Below are positions 52,150-64,000 of a DNA stretch of 64,000 bases, piece after piece. Position numbers and translations under genes: made by a program. Position 1 is the stretch's first letter. Every line of letters starts with the position of its first letter. The notes under the pieces are model-generated. The model had not been told where the DNA came from. It ran no database searches and was given only the letters and a program-made list of their open reading frames with translations. Origin of the DNA: Octopus sinensis (lineage: Eukaryota); assembly GCF_006345805.1 (NCBI RefSeq), contig NC_042999.1, forward strand, positions 10,044,001-10,108,000. Reading direction: 5' to 3'.

Positions 52150-52680
52150 CGATGGCATGAAAACCCTTCAAAATGGTCAGCACGCTAAAATGAACAAGGT
52201 GGATTTAGACAACGAAAATCTGCAACAAAGAAATGGAGGATTTAAAGCTGAGACTGTAAAGTTCTTGATTGAGATGCAAAATCAAAGCCTTCTCACTTAA
52301 AACCACCAGAAGTAACTGCAGAATATATGGAGAGAAGTAGAAAATGAACGTATTGCCTCTGGTTGTCCAGTTTCAGTCAATAAAGAACAGCGTGTGAGAT
52401 ATAAGATTACGCATAGACATGAAGATCGAAGACGATCGATCAGATATTGTTGCTAAGGGCCACCACAAAAAGAAATACTTATTAATCAATGTATCAAATG
52501 GTGCAAGTTATTCAAATATTAAATTATACATATATACATGCATACACACACGCGCGCAAAATTACCCTGTTGTTGATGTTGAAATTCCAATGAAGAAACT
52601 TTTGATCTAAGTTAGAAACCGGTTCTTTCTCTATTGGTAAGAAATCTTGAAATAAACGGAATAATGACATACATACATAC
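52150..52680 (+). mobile_element. Internally deleted R4/Dong-like LINE remnant
   Basis: GFKAETVKFLIEMQNQSLLT*NHQK...IASGCPVS matches GxLKxETExxIxAxQDQxL...HIxSGC; 3'UTR-like block 52560-52680 ends GACATACATAC. Confidence 0.55.
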
Positions 52681-52934
52681 AACACACTGCCTAAATACCA
52701 ACCTTGAGAAATTATGCTTCTCAAAACCAGAAAAGTGAAAGCTAGTTCGAAGACTACAGATCCAATCTATCACTGGAACTATAAAAAATCTATAAAACTT
52801 TCCAGAAGTTTATTATTTAAATATAGATGAGCATGTCTAGATATATGTAACTATATGCATGAGAATACATACATAAAGTAAAACATACAAATCTGCACGT
52901 ACACATACATACATACATACATACATACATACAT

Positions 52935-53048
52935 ACCCTGTTGTTGATGTTGAAATTCCAATGACGGAACATTGGATCTAGGTTAGAAACCGGCACTTTC
53001 TCTTTTGGCAAGAAATCTTGAAATAAAACTGAATAATGACATCCATCC
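52935..53048 (+). mobile_element. Second copy of the short 3'UTR-like block, after (ACAT)n
   Basis: ACCCTGTTGTTGATGTTGAAATTCCAATGA...AGAAATCTTGAAATAAA...ATAATGACAT. Confidence 0.55.
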
Positions 53049-53214
53049 ATAATTGTAAATACAGGTTTGGTAGAGCAGACAAGAGAAACAGAATTCAATT
53101 TTTACTTTAAGCCGATTAAAAAATTAAAACACACACTTATATAGATATGGATGAAAGTCTCATAATGATACTCATCAGAAATAAAAAATAGGTTAAAATC
53201 AACAGGAGAATCCA

Positions 53215-53247
<33 letters not shown>

Positions 53248-53748
53248 TCAAAGATAACGCAGTATCCTCTCGCCAATTTGAATCCAGGATTCACTTCAAT
53301 TCTCCGGTTGCAGCCATTTTACTAATATTTGATGCGTCATGGCAAATCTCTTTTATTTCAAAAAAGTGTTTTATTCCAGTGTGTTTGGCTGATTGATAAC
53401 ACTGCAGTGGTTGGTTGTTAACTCTGACTCCTAAAAACACTTAATCCAGTTAATTCAGGAAAAACACTCGTTCATTGTACGACAATCCAAGATGGCGAAC
53501 AGGCGGAAGAGTTCCATCGCTGGAAAAAAAATATGCTTAGCGGTATTTCATCCGACTTCACGTTCTAAGTTCAAATTCCGCTGAGGTCGACTTTGCCTTT
53601 CATCCTTTCGGGATCGAGGAAATAAATAACAGTTGAACACTGGGGGGAGGGGCAACGTAATCGACTCCCTCCACTCACCCAAATTTGCTGGCTTTGTGCT
53701 GAAATTTAAAACCAGTTATACGACAACCAGCCCTAAGACGACAGTTTA

Positions 53749-53829
53749 ACAAAAATAACACCGTGTCGGGTTTACAAAAATAACATCGAGTCGGGTTTAC
53801 AAAAATGACCCCGAGTCGGGTTTACAAAA
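53749..53829. repeat. 25-bp tandem repeat, three copies plus a partial
   Basis: ACAAAAAT(A/G)AC(A/C)(C/T)CG(T/A)GTCGGGTTT. Confidence 0.85.
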
Positions 53830-55225
53830 GTTGTCCTGTTTTTGGTCCCTGCATTTTGATTTCAAATCCCGAACGTCTCGACTTTGTCCTCAACCCGCAT
53901 TTTCCTTTAATTAGATTAAAAAATTTTCCTGATCAAAGGGGTCCACGCAGCCAGTGCTTTTCTCGGGTTTTTCGTGATCCTGTTAAGCAGATGAGAGGTA
54001 AGCCTCCCCAGGATAAGCTGATGATATATCATAGGTAACTTCTCTTGTTTAAAGAATGAAGTTCAATACTGCAAGCCAACAAACCAATTATCAGTTTGAA
54101 GTTCTGCTCTTACTTACAGCGGGCCACTATATATATATTATACCTCTTAAAAGCGGCAGGGTTTAGAAGGAGGGTCTATATCAGATGCTAGGTTTTTGGA
54201 GACTTCCGTACTCTAATAGAAGAAGAAAACAACTAAACTGTATCATTGTTATTGGAACACACACACACACATTACTAAAGCTGGTAATCTAAGTAACCTT
54301 TCAACTGCGCCAGGACTTTGCTGCGGCCGTTCGAAGAGGACGTTAAGGGTCAAGTATCTTGTACAGTTAGTGGCAGGATACCACCGTTGATCTTTCGGCT
54401 AGTTGTTAGGCACCCCCATCAAGTTCACTATCAGAACTAATCATATACACTTATGCATGAACGAAAAATCGTATCTGGAGAAACTAATCGATCGGGGTTG
54501 ACCTGAAGCTAAATAATTCCAAACACGACCACACCGCTAGATATTTAGGTAGAAAGTAACAGCTGATGATATCGACTTCACTGTTTTACTGGTATTTAAT
54601 AGAATATATCGATATCGTGGAAGTAAGAAAAGCAAAGTTGACCTTGCAGGGATTTGAACTCAGAACGTAAGGAACCGCAAGACATTTTGTCCGACGCTCA
54701 TCCGACTCTGCTATTCCATCGCTGTCGAATTCTAACAGATACAAGGCAACCAAATGATGGAGGGTGAATGGGGGGGGGGGGATAGTCGATTAAATCAATT
54801 CCAACATTTGGCTGGGATTTTATTTTATGAAAGCAAATTTCTCAGCAGGATTTGAACCCAGAATGTACAAATTCGTAACTTAAATCCACTCTGCCGAATC
54901 AACCAATCCGCTCCCACCCTTCCCCGAGTTCAATAATAACAACAATTAAGCAGCAATAACATAATGATCCGCTACGAGGGCCTGTATTAACCGGTCTTTG
55001 AAAGTCTCAGCCTTGTGCCTCGCCAAAAGCGGTCGCCTACACACAATAGTCGTCTCTATAGAAATCACCGGGAATGAAGGATGTTTTCTATTTACAGCCA
55101 GGTGGACTGAGCAAAAATTGTAACCTCATTGACAGCAGAATTAATTTACACGTTTACAAGCTAAACTTGTGTTTCCTGCTTGTGTGTGTGTGTGTGTGTG
55201 TGTGTTGGGGGTTGGGTCGATGTAC

Positions 55226-55340
55226 CTGCACAGGAAGATCCTGTCCGTCTTCACAACCGCCTCGCTTCTCTTTTAATTTGCGAAGACAATACTGGTTTCC
55301 AATGGCAACTAATTTTAGTTCGACATTGCTTCCTCCTTTC
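55226..55340 (-). other. Candidate 5' exon
   Basis: Donor GCAG/GTACAT (weak); unique CpG-containing islet between (CA)n tracts. Confidence 0.2.
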
Positions 55341-55421
55341 CACACACACACACACACACACACTGACTGGCGCGCACACACACTTTCAACTCTTACACAT
55401 GCTCATGACCTTTGCTTCGTA

Positions 55422-55529
<108 letters not shown>

Positions 55530-56247
55530 CGATCGCATGTTCCTTGCTTCGCGCGCGCACACACTTTTCTCTTTGTCCCGCACACACACACACACACACA
55601 CAATCGCACGCGCACACACGAACACCCCCCCCTCCCGCACGCAACACTTTCAGACACACATGCACGTGCACGTAAATACGCACACCGGCACGTCTCTTTC
55701 TCTCTCCCTCCCTCCCTCCCTCTCTTTCTGTCTGTCTGTCTGTCTCTTCCCCTTCGCTACCACACACACACACACACGCACACACACACGCACAAGCACG
55801 TACCCGCACTGACCTAGACAGGCACGTGCATGCACACAAATACACAGTTGCACGCGCGCTCGCTCACACCTTCACCCACACAGAACCTTTTCTGCCTCAC
55901 ACACTCTCACACACACACAGAACTTACTACATCCACACAACACACCTGCACCCCGCTCCCCGCCGCCGCCCACACACTCCTCCCGTACCCCGCACCCGCC
56001 GCTCATCCACCAGCATACCTTCTTCTCCGCCAATTCCACCCTTTCCTTTAAACAAAATATAAACAATAACCGAAAGGTGAAAATTTACCGTCATTAAAAA
56101 AAAAGACAAAAAAGAAAAGTTCCACCCAAAAACAAACAAAAACGGTCGGGTGGTTGGTGGTGGGGAGGCACAGTGTGTGTGTGTTTTGTATTCCTGTTTC
56201 TGCCAAAATGTTGCCGTGGTGGTGGTCGTCGTCCTCTTCATCCCTAC

Positions 56248-56400
56248 CTGCTAATCAACTTCCACTGATGTCTGCAAATAACACCTCAGCCTGTCAAGAG
56301 GTCTTTCCTGCCAAACAACGCCCTCTGCTTCTCCGCAACAAGGGCACTTAACTGCTGCGTCTCTCATTTCTACACACCATGTGTTCTCCTGCCTCGGTTT
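56248..56400 (-). other. Candidate first exon in the GC-rich islet 55950-56400
   Basis: Donor CAG/GTAGGG; flanked by GA-rich tract 56580-56720. Confidence 0.25.
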
Positions 56401-56894
56401 TTAGGTTTTTGCTGGTTTTTAGGTGTGTTGTTGTTGTTGTTGTTGTTTTGTTTTAATGCTTCTTATTTAAAGAAGATTGGAGGAAATTTGACAGAACCGG
56501 GAATATAAGACAAGGGGAAAGGACGAGGGTTTAAAAGAGAGCGAGAATGCATAGCAATGAATAAATAAGAAGGTGTAAATTAGAGAGGGAGGGGGAGAGA
56601 GAGAGGGAGAGAAAGAGAGACAAAGTGAGAATGAGAGGGAGGGAGAGAGAGACAAAGACAGGGAGGGAAAGAGAGAGAGAAAGAGAGATAGAGAATGGGA
56701 GGGAGGGAAAGAGAGAGATAGAGAGAAGAGTGTCTGCTAGAGATAATGGAGTGCGGGACGAAAAACGAGATGGCTTGGAATAAATTCAATTGAAGAAGGA
56801 TATGTATCAGATTATACAGACATAGGCATACACAACACACACATAGATACACGCACAGATAGATACACACGCACAGCTAGGTATATACACGCAC

Positions 56895-57130
56895 CAAGGC
56901 GCCGAGCTGGCAGAAGCGTTAGCGCGCCGGGCGAAATGCTTAGCGGTATTTCGTCTGCCGCTGCGTTCTGAGTTCAAATTCCGCCGAGGTCGACTTTGCT
57001 TTTATCCTTTCGGGGTCGATTAAATAAGTACCAGTTACGCACTGGGGTCTATGTAATCGACTTAATCCGTTTGTCTGTCCTTGTCTGTCCTCTCTGTGTT
57101 TAGTCCCTTGTGAGTAATAAAGAAATAGGT
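56895..57130 (+). mobile_element. Family-A SINE with alternative tail
   Basis: Head, core and tail ending AAAGAAATAGGTAT. Confidence 0.85.
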
Positions 57131-57899
57131 ATACACACACCTACAAATTTTATTGAAATAGAATATAATGGTTTCTTAGAGAGCAGTTTTGAAGAGAAAG
57201 AGTCAATCTGTTACATCGATCCCAGTAGATGATCGATACTATATTCTATCGACACCGAGAGAATGAAAGACAACCCTGCCCTCACCGGGATTTGAAATCA
57301 GAACGTAAGGAACTGGAAGATATCTCCTTTCTATTATTGGCACAAGACCTGAAACTTGGGTGAGGGGTTAAGTCTTTTGTAGCGCCCCCCCCCCAGTGCA
57401 CTACTGGTACTCATTTTATCAATTCCGAAAGGACGAAAGGCAAAGTCGACCTCGGCAAAATTCGAAATCAAAACGCAAATACGCACGAAATGCCGCTCAG
57501 CATTTTGTCCGACGCGGTAATGGTTCCGCCTTGAAGCCGGAAGAAACATCACTAAGCATTTCGTCCGACGCCCTCACGATTCCATCACCAATGATTCTGA
57601 TAATTGCATACAAGAAAAAAAAACAACCTCGAAGCTAATTGGGCAATTGTAGTTACTGCTAGAATCCCTCTGGAAGTGTCGAAAGGTCCAAGATTTCCGA
57701 CGAGCACAAAACAATTCTACCCCATTCCCTCCATGTCACCCCTAATACCAGACCAGTCTGATCAAAATAAGCAACGGGAGTTAGAGTGGAATACTATTCA
57801 CTCGAAACCCTATCGCAATCATCTTTTCCCTATTGAAGTGGGCTGCTCAGACTCAGTTTCAAACAAATCTGATATGTACACACACACACACACACATTA

Positions 57900-58440
57900 T
57901 TTTTATTATTGAGTGAGAGAGCAGTTCATGCCATCAAAGTGACACTGCGGTAAAATATACGATGCCCAGTATACCCATCATAACTACCCGTCTGATAAGG
58001 GTACACTAGGCACATGCATCATAACCATACGTGCACATGGTGATCTCATAACAAGATGAACAACGCATGACCTTGCAGGTGGGACTCAGAATTTTCTTCA
58101 GGTTGAGCAGCCCATCCTGTTCAAAAGGTCCCTGAATAAGGGTTGTTTAAGAATGTTGAACGAAACACCCATGTTTCCAGAGGTGAATTATTCAAACCCC
58201 AAAGAGTTCCTCTCAACACATGGCTATGATGCTCCCCCACTACTTCTGCTCATGATCAGAGATGCACATATCGTCAGCCACTAAGGGACATGCTCAACTG
58301 GTTAAGGTCAAACAACTGACAAATTTCTGGTATTGAGCAAAATATTTGCCCATCTTTTATTCAAAGATAAAAAAATGTACATGGTAACACTTCCAATCAC
58401 TTAATATCAGGAGCCATGAAAGCCAGTGCCCGTCGTAGCG
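57900..58440 (-). mobile_element. Unclassified interspersed repeat (see 15105-15545)
   Basis: Reverse-complement homology. Confidence 0.7.
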
Positions 58441-61090
58441 AAACACGAAGGTTGCGCTGTTAGAACTAAGGCCTGTGCGCTCAGACAAGAAGGAAGTAAA
58501 GCTGGTTCGAACGCTGGAGACGCGACGTGGAAACAAAACCATGATCAGGTCTTTGACGGATCAGGATGGGCGCGTGCTACGCGACTCCGAGCAGATGTGT
58601 GTGGCTTTTCAGAAGCACTTCACGCGACTGTTTGGAAAGGGCGATGGGTCGACGACGGTACTGGCTTTTAATTCGCACCTGGACGCCTTGCCGCGGTTCC
58701 CGACAGCTGACGCGAGGTTATATGAAAGGCCGATAACAGCCACTGAAATTTTGGAAGCGATGAGCGATTGCACAAGTCGCAGATCGCCCGGTTTGGATGG
58801 TCTGCCCTACGAATTTTCTACGTATTCACACCAGATTTGGTTGGCGACCTCTTGGCAGACGTCTACTGCAACTGGCAACGGGATAATTCTTAGCGCTGTT
58901 AGCAAAGGTGTGGTGACACTGTTGAGGAAGGATGCCAACAATGAGGACGTACTAGAGAATTTTCGGTCCATAACTCTGCTAAACAGAGTTTAAGATTTTG
59001 GCCATGGTGTTAGCGAAAAGGTCGGCGCTTGTCGTCGGTAACCTGCTCGGAAAAGCGCAAGCGTGTGCAATCCCGAGTGGGTCTACCCACGACGACCTCC
59101 AGCTTATGCGATACATCATAGAGAGAGCTGGGACCACATCTGGCTTCGTGGGTGCTCTGATCAATTTGGATCAATCAAAAGCATTCGATAGGGTCGATCA
59201 TTGCTACTTGGAAGCTGTCCTGAAAGCAGGCGGTTTCGAACCCGTTTTCAGAAGCTGGATCGCTGCATTGCACAGCGGCACCTGCTCAGTGGTCAAAGTA
59301 AATGGCCGTGTATCGGAGCCGTTTGGCATCGCACGCACGGCTCGTCAGGGCTGCCCGCTGTCACCTCTTCTATATGTATTGGTACTCGAGCCACTTGCGG
59401 AAGCTGGAACAGGTAAGGGGCATCCCTTTCGAACTGGAACCAAGAAGGCCAGTGTCAGCATACACGGACGATGTCACCGTCATGGTGTCAGACACCTCCG
59501 AAGTGGAGACGGTCGGCACCAGCCTAAAGGAATACGAGTCGGTTGCAGGGGATAAAAACTAACGCCGATAAATCGGTTGGTTTGCGGTTGGGCTCCTGGA
59601 GAAGCAGGATGATGCCATCGGATGGCGTCGTCGAACGCTGGACCGACGGATCAGCTAAAGTGCTCAGATTGATAACTGGGACGAGGTGGCGAACAGGGTG
59701 GCCAGTCTTACCCAGAAATGGGCTGAAAGAAAGCTGTCCCTGAAAGGTCGGGCAGAAGTGGCGAATGCTTACATCGCCTCCGCTTTCATTTATCGCCTGA
59801 CCGTCGTGCCTTGTCCCGATTACTTCGTGACCAGGTTGGAGCGTCTCTTTATTTAAATTCCTGTGGAAGGGACGCGTTCCAATGGTCAGGCGGTCAGTCT
59901 GTTGTCAGCATCCTTTAAGTGGCGGATTAAGTATGCCGTGGTTCCTAATGCGCAGACACGCGCTTAGGTTACGCAGCCGGCAACGATTTCCGGACGGTGA
60001 GCGTGTGTGGGCTCCGTTTGTGAGGCTCGTCTTTCCGCAGCTCGTCTCCTTGACGGAGCTGCAGTTCTGGGTGAAGAAAAGACCTGGACTGGATGCGTGG
60101 CACCCAGAATGCTGTCAAGCGCTCACAGCCCTCTACCAGTCGGGCGATGGGATCGGTGAATGTTCCACTTTAGAAATTTATAGAGGATTAGTGGCGGGGA
60201 AGTGCGACGACGTTCTCGGGGAGACTCTGGGCTCCGACGAGAACGAACTGGCTAGTCTGTTCCGGAAGACTTACCGGTTGGGAACTATCATGGATAATTT
60301 CCAGATGTCCTTCGCCAGGCAGTGCTACTGGTGGGCACTACCAGTTTGAGATAAACTATACAGGCACGGATATGCTGTCAGACGGACTTGTCCGAGGTGC
60401 GCGCAGAATGACGAAACCGTTCTGCATGCCCTCGTTCAGTATCTGGGCATTGCTGACTTGTGGAGTCATGTTGAACAGCTGCTGTCACGTGTGGGACGGA
60501 TCCGTCTGTCGGCTGAGTCTGTAGTGATGATTGCATCGCCGCCCTCCTTCAATCGGGCAAGAAAGGCAGTGTTTCCTTTGCCTGGTGGCTGTAACGTAAG
60601 AGGTTGTTTGGTGGACAAGGCTGAAAGGCATGAGGACAGGTAAATTCCTCTTTGGTAGAGCTCTCTTTGACTTGAAAAGGAAATTGAGAGTGGAGAGTGA
60701 AGTGCTGTCCTCGAGTGAGTTTATTGAAAGGTGGGTGAAAGTTGCGAAAATGACAAGAGCGGACGGTGCCTCTCTAAATGTAGACCTGTGAGTCGGAGAG
60801 AAGGAATTGGGGATGGCACTTGCTCGTAGGATTTCAGGGAAATCTCGGACAGTGAGGTTCCTCGATTATCCCTAGAGGAGGTCATCCTGTATCGGGTGGG
60901 TCACATCTCTATCATCCGCCCCGCCACTTTTTTTAAACCTTTCTATGCTATGCATATGTGTCTTCTTTTCCAGTGTGTCGTGTGTACTTTTTTTTTTAAA
61001 AAACATTTCATTATTAAATGTAAACCCCCACACTTTATGTCTGTCTCTGTATTGTCACCCTCATCCTTCGCCCTTGTGGCAAATAAATGA
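58440..61090 (+). mobile_element. 5'-truncated Tx1/L1-clade LINE ORF2 (RT plus C-terminal zinc finger) and 3'UTR, frameshifted
   Basis: SPGLDGLPYEF, ENFRSITLLN, ALINLDQSKAFDRVDH, QGCPLSPLLYVL, SAYTDDVTV, WAERKLSLKGR and CPRC..ETVLHAL. Confidence 0.9.
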
Positions 61091-61150
61091 AATTATTTTG
61101 GTTGAGTTAAGCTCTTGCTACTCTGGGTTTCACATGTAAACACACAGGAT

Positions 61151-61213
<63 letters not shown>

Positions 61214-61504
61214 TAGATCAGGATTCATGTGAATCGGGCACTTAAATGGTTAGGCACCAGGTTGGTTCGAAAAATAAATTGTGTACACAACAAAAACAGA
61301 GTGATCCATATGTGGGTACCAAAGTAGAGGCCGAAAGATATTCAGGTTATGTATATGATTAACTGCACCTGGCTGAGTATACCAAGAAGGTTTATCAAGA
61401 AACGCACATTGTACTAAATGGTAGGTCCATAATATACTTTGGATCTATACCAGGAGCAGGTTCCGAGAAAAGGGTTCTGTATTTTTTTTAAATCAGTCTT
61501 TTTG

Positions 61505-61892
61505 TTTTATTCTTTTACTTGTTTCAGTCATTTGACTGCGGCCATGCTGGAGCACCGCCTTTTAGTCGAGCAAATCGACCCCAGGACTTATTCTTTGTAA
61601 GCCTAGTACTTATTCTATCGGTCTCTTTTGCCGAACCGCTAATTTACGGGGACGTAAATACACCAACATTGGTTGTCAAGCGATGCTGGGTGGACAAGCA
61701 CAGACACAGAAACATATACACATACATGCATATATATATATACGACGGGCTTCTTACAGTTTCCGTCTACTAAATCCACTCACAAGGTTTTGGTCGGCCC
61801 GAGGCTATAGTAGAAGACACTTGCCCAAGGTGCCACGCAGTGGACTGAACCCGGAACCATGTGGTTCGTAAGCAAGCTACTTACCACACAGA
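61505..61892 (-). mobile_element. Family-B SINE, full length
   Basis: Antisense match. Confidence 0.9.
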
Positions 61893-61894
61893 CA

Positions 61895-63265
61895 ATCGGC
61901 ATGGCCTTATTTCTCGAATGGAATAAGCTTCATCTTGAAATCGTAGTTTGATGATATTGTAACCCAATATTGTAACATATTTGCAGTACAGGTAGGAATT
62001 CCTTTTTTTTTACCCAAATATCGATTATAACGGTCGGTGATCAGTCTGTAACCGATAACTTCTACCGTGCAAAAATCTGTGAAATTTTTCATGGCAAAAA
62101 TGATCGCTAGAGCTTCTTTCTCGATTTAACTATAATTTTTTTTCTGCTGATTTCAGAGAATATGAGGCATGAACCGCCGCCTTCACGTTACCATCTCTAT
62201 ATTTACGTAACATTACTGATCCTATTCAGAAGCTACAACAATCTCCGATGCAGGATCGAATTGAGCTAACGACAAATCAGATATTTTTTAAATTTCGTCA
62301 GACACCTTTTGACAATTTTCTGATCAATTCCATTTCACATCTTTTTACAGCCCTAACCGTATGCATATTTGGAATATAATTTTGGTTATAATTTGTCAGT
62401 CCAAAAAATGCTATATTAGTCGAAGGAGGCGCATTTTTAATTGCGTCTGCCCTCCACGGGTCAGCTCGTCGTCCATTTCTATCAATAATTTGTCCTAAAT
62501 ATCTTATTTCCAGTAAAACAATATTCACTTTTCTTCACTCAACATAAAACCGTAATCCTTAATTTTTTTCAAATATATATTTTACCTGCTCGGCGTGTTG
62601 ATCGCTGGATTCGCTTTATATATCATCCATAAATGGAATTACGAATTCAGAGTCCGCTAACATTGCATCCATAATCTGTTGAAGAATCACTGGTGTGACT
62701 TTTAAACCAGATGGCAACCTGTTGTAACTTATACAGTAGCTTATGTGTGTTGACTGTTTCGAGAATTCATCGTCTTTTAGTAAATTCAAACACTTTCCAT
62801 GAGAACTGAACAGGGATCTTCTCTCACTGAAAAATTTCGATAAGAATTTGTTTCATCGAAACAAATTTCACATGGCTCACAGAATGTAGTTACGATATTT
62901 TCCGTATTCGGTTGGGGATAACTTTCTTAAAAGTAGTCGTACCTTTCCATTGTCCGTCCAGTTTTTGCATTCCTCTTTCAAGACTTCTTCATATCTTCGG
63001 AAATATGCAGAAAAAGTAATACCTTCTTCTGGATTATAATTAATTTCTGCCATTGCGTTTGCTACGCCGTCTGGCGAGAACGAACTTGAAAGTATTTTTG
63101 GACTTCCAACATTAATTCCAGCAACTGTTGGTATTGTTGTAATTGCTGTTGTTGCACCACGGACGCTAATAAGTCTTTCAGCTCAACTAATTTTCCGTTG
63201 ATTTTGTATCAAAAGAAAATGTTAACGTCCAACGTAAGCTTGGAATAAACTCGCCGCCACTTTTA
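61895..63265 (-). mobile_element. Internally deleted Ty3/Gypsy LTR retrotransposon (gag fused to RT-RNase H remnant)
   Basis: gag MAEINYNPEEGITFSAYFRRYEE...KVRLLLRKL (about 63053-62920); RT IRYLGQIIDRNGRR; RNase H KKGIPTCTANMLQYW...NYDFK; PBS-like TGGCGGCGAG at 63260-63251. Confidence 0.85.
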
Positions 63266-63524
63266 TAGTCTTCTATAAGTTGGATAAGCAAATTTCACGA
63301 AGCGGAGACAGACACAAATGTCTTCAAACGACGGGTTTCAAATCCCTCCACTAAACACGATGCTGCAAATAAATACAAACTTGCAACCATCTCAACGACT
63401 TCCACGACCTTTTTCTCAAACCTACAGGGGTGGCCAGGACTCGCTTCAATAGATGTGTGTGTGTACGCACATCTCTCTTCCCCACTATATATATATATAT
63501 ATAATATATAATATATATATATAT

Positions 63525-63740
63525 ACCGGAGTAAACACATAAATGTGAAACAAGGTGGAAAAAAGAGTACTCAAATACCAGTGGTAGAGTAATATGCTTT
63601 ATTTTAAGCAGCAGAAAATTCAACAAAATCTGTTACTCTGAGTTTCTCGTTGCCGTTCATCAGACAGTCTGATGAACGGCAACGAGAAACTCAGAGTAAC
63701 AGGTTTTGTTGAATTTTCTGCTGCTTAAAATAAAGTATAT
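63525..63740. mobile_element. Fold-back mini-Penelope terminal repeat with a 149-bp palindrome
   Basis: Arms 63592-63665 and 63667-63740 with a 1-nt spacer and two mismatches; each arm reads CTGATGA-ACGGCAACGA-GAAAC outward; flanked by (TA)n. Confidence 0.65.
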
Positions 63741-63877
63741 ATATATATATATAATATATATATATATACATATATAATAAAAAAAGGGTAATAACATAGA
63801 TTACTACCAGTGGCCCAGCACAAAAGACGAATTAGTCATTAGACAAAATATCATTCATATAGAAATATATATATATA

Positions 63878-64000
63878 AGTGGTTGTGTGTAAAGTAGCTT
63901 GCTTACCAACCACATGGTTCTGGGTTCAATCCCACTGCGTGTCACCTTGAGCAAGTGTCTTCTACTATAGCCTCGGGCCGACCAAAGCCTTGTGAGTGGA
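63878..64000 (+). mobile_element. Family-B SINE 5' part (runs off the window)
   Basis: Head and core match. Confidence 0.85.

Noticed and set aside
53749-53829. CRISPR array
   Set aside because: Contiguous repeats with no spacers and no cas genes
57790-57860. FPIEVGC motif as a HERO fragment
   Set aside because: Seven-residue match with no supporting upstream motif; too short to call

Overview
AT-rich eukaryotic genomic DNA that is dense in microsatellites and repeats. The SINE and LINE repertoire looks like an octopus or other coleoid cephalopod genome (inference, no database search). I find no intact protein-coding gene; every long ORF in the track is either a microsatellite/low-complexity artefact or a decayed transposon frame. 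Recognisable content: two abundant tRNA-derived SINE families (here called A and B) plus minor SINEs; decayed Tx1/L1-clade, RTE, CR1, HERO-like and R4/Dong-like LINEs; a Penelope-like (GIY-YIG) element; a deleted Gypsy LTR element; Tigger/pogo remnants; and several MITEs. CpG-richer islets carry good splice donors, mostly on the minus strand, and may be 5' exons of a gene whose coding body lies outside the window. Two kb-scale tandem duplications look like long-read assembly artefacts. Three patterns stand out. (1) Family-A SINEs occur as multimers with one invariant junction (AAAGAAATAG/GTATTTCG) at several independent loci, suggesting self-targeted insertion or rolling-circle copying. (2) Miniature Penelope-derived fold-back elements, with 3' ends pointing outward into TA-rich repeats, carry minimal hammerhead-ribozyme motifs; one is a near-perfect 149-bp palindrome. 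(3) R4-like LINE 3' ends are tied to (CATA)n repeats. Coordinates of decayed repeats are approximate.
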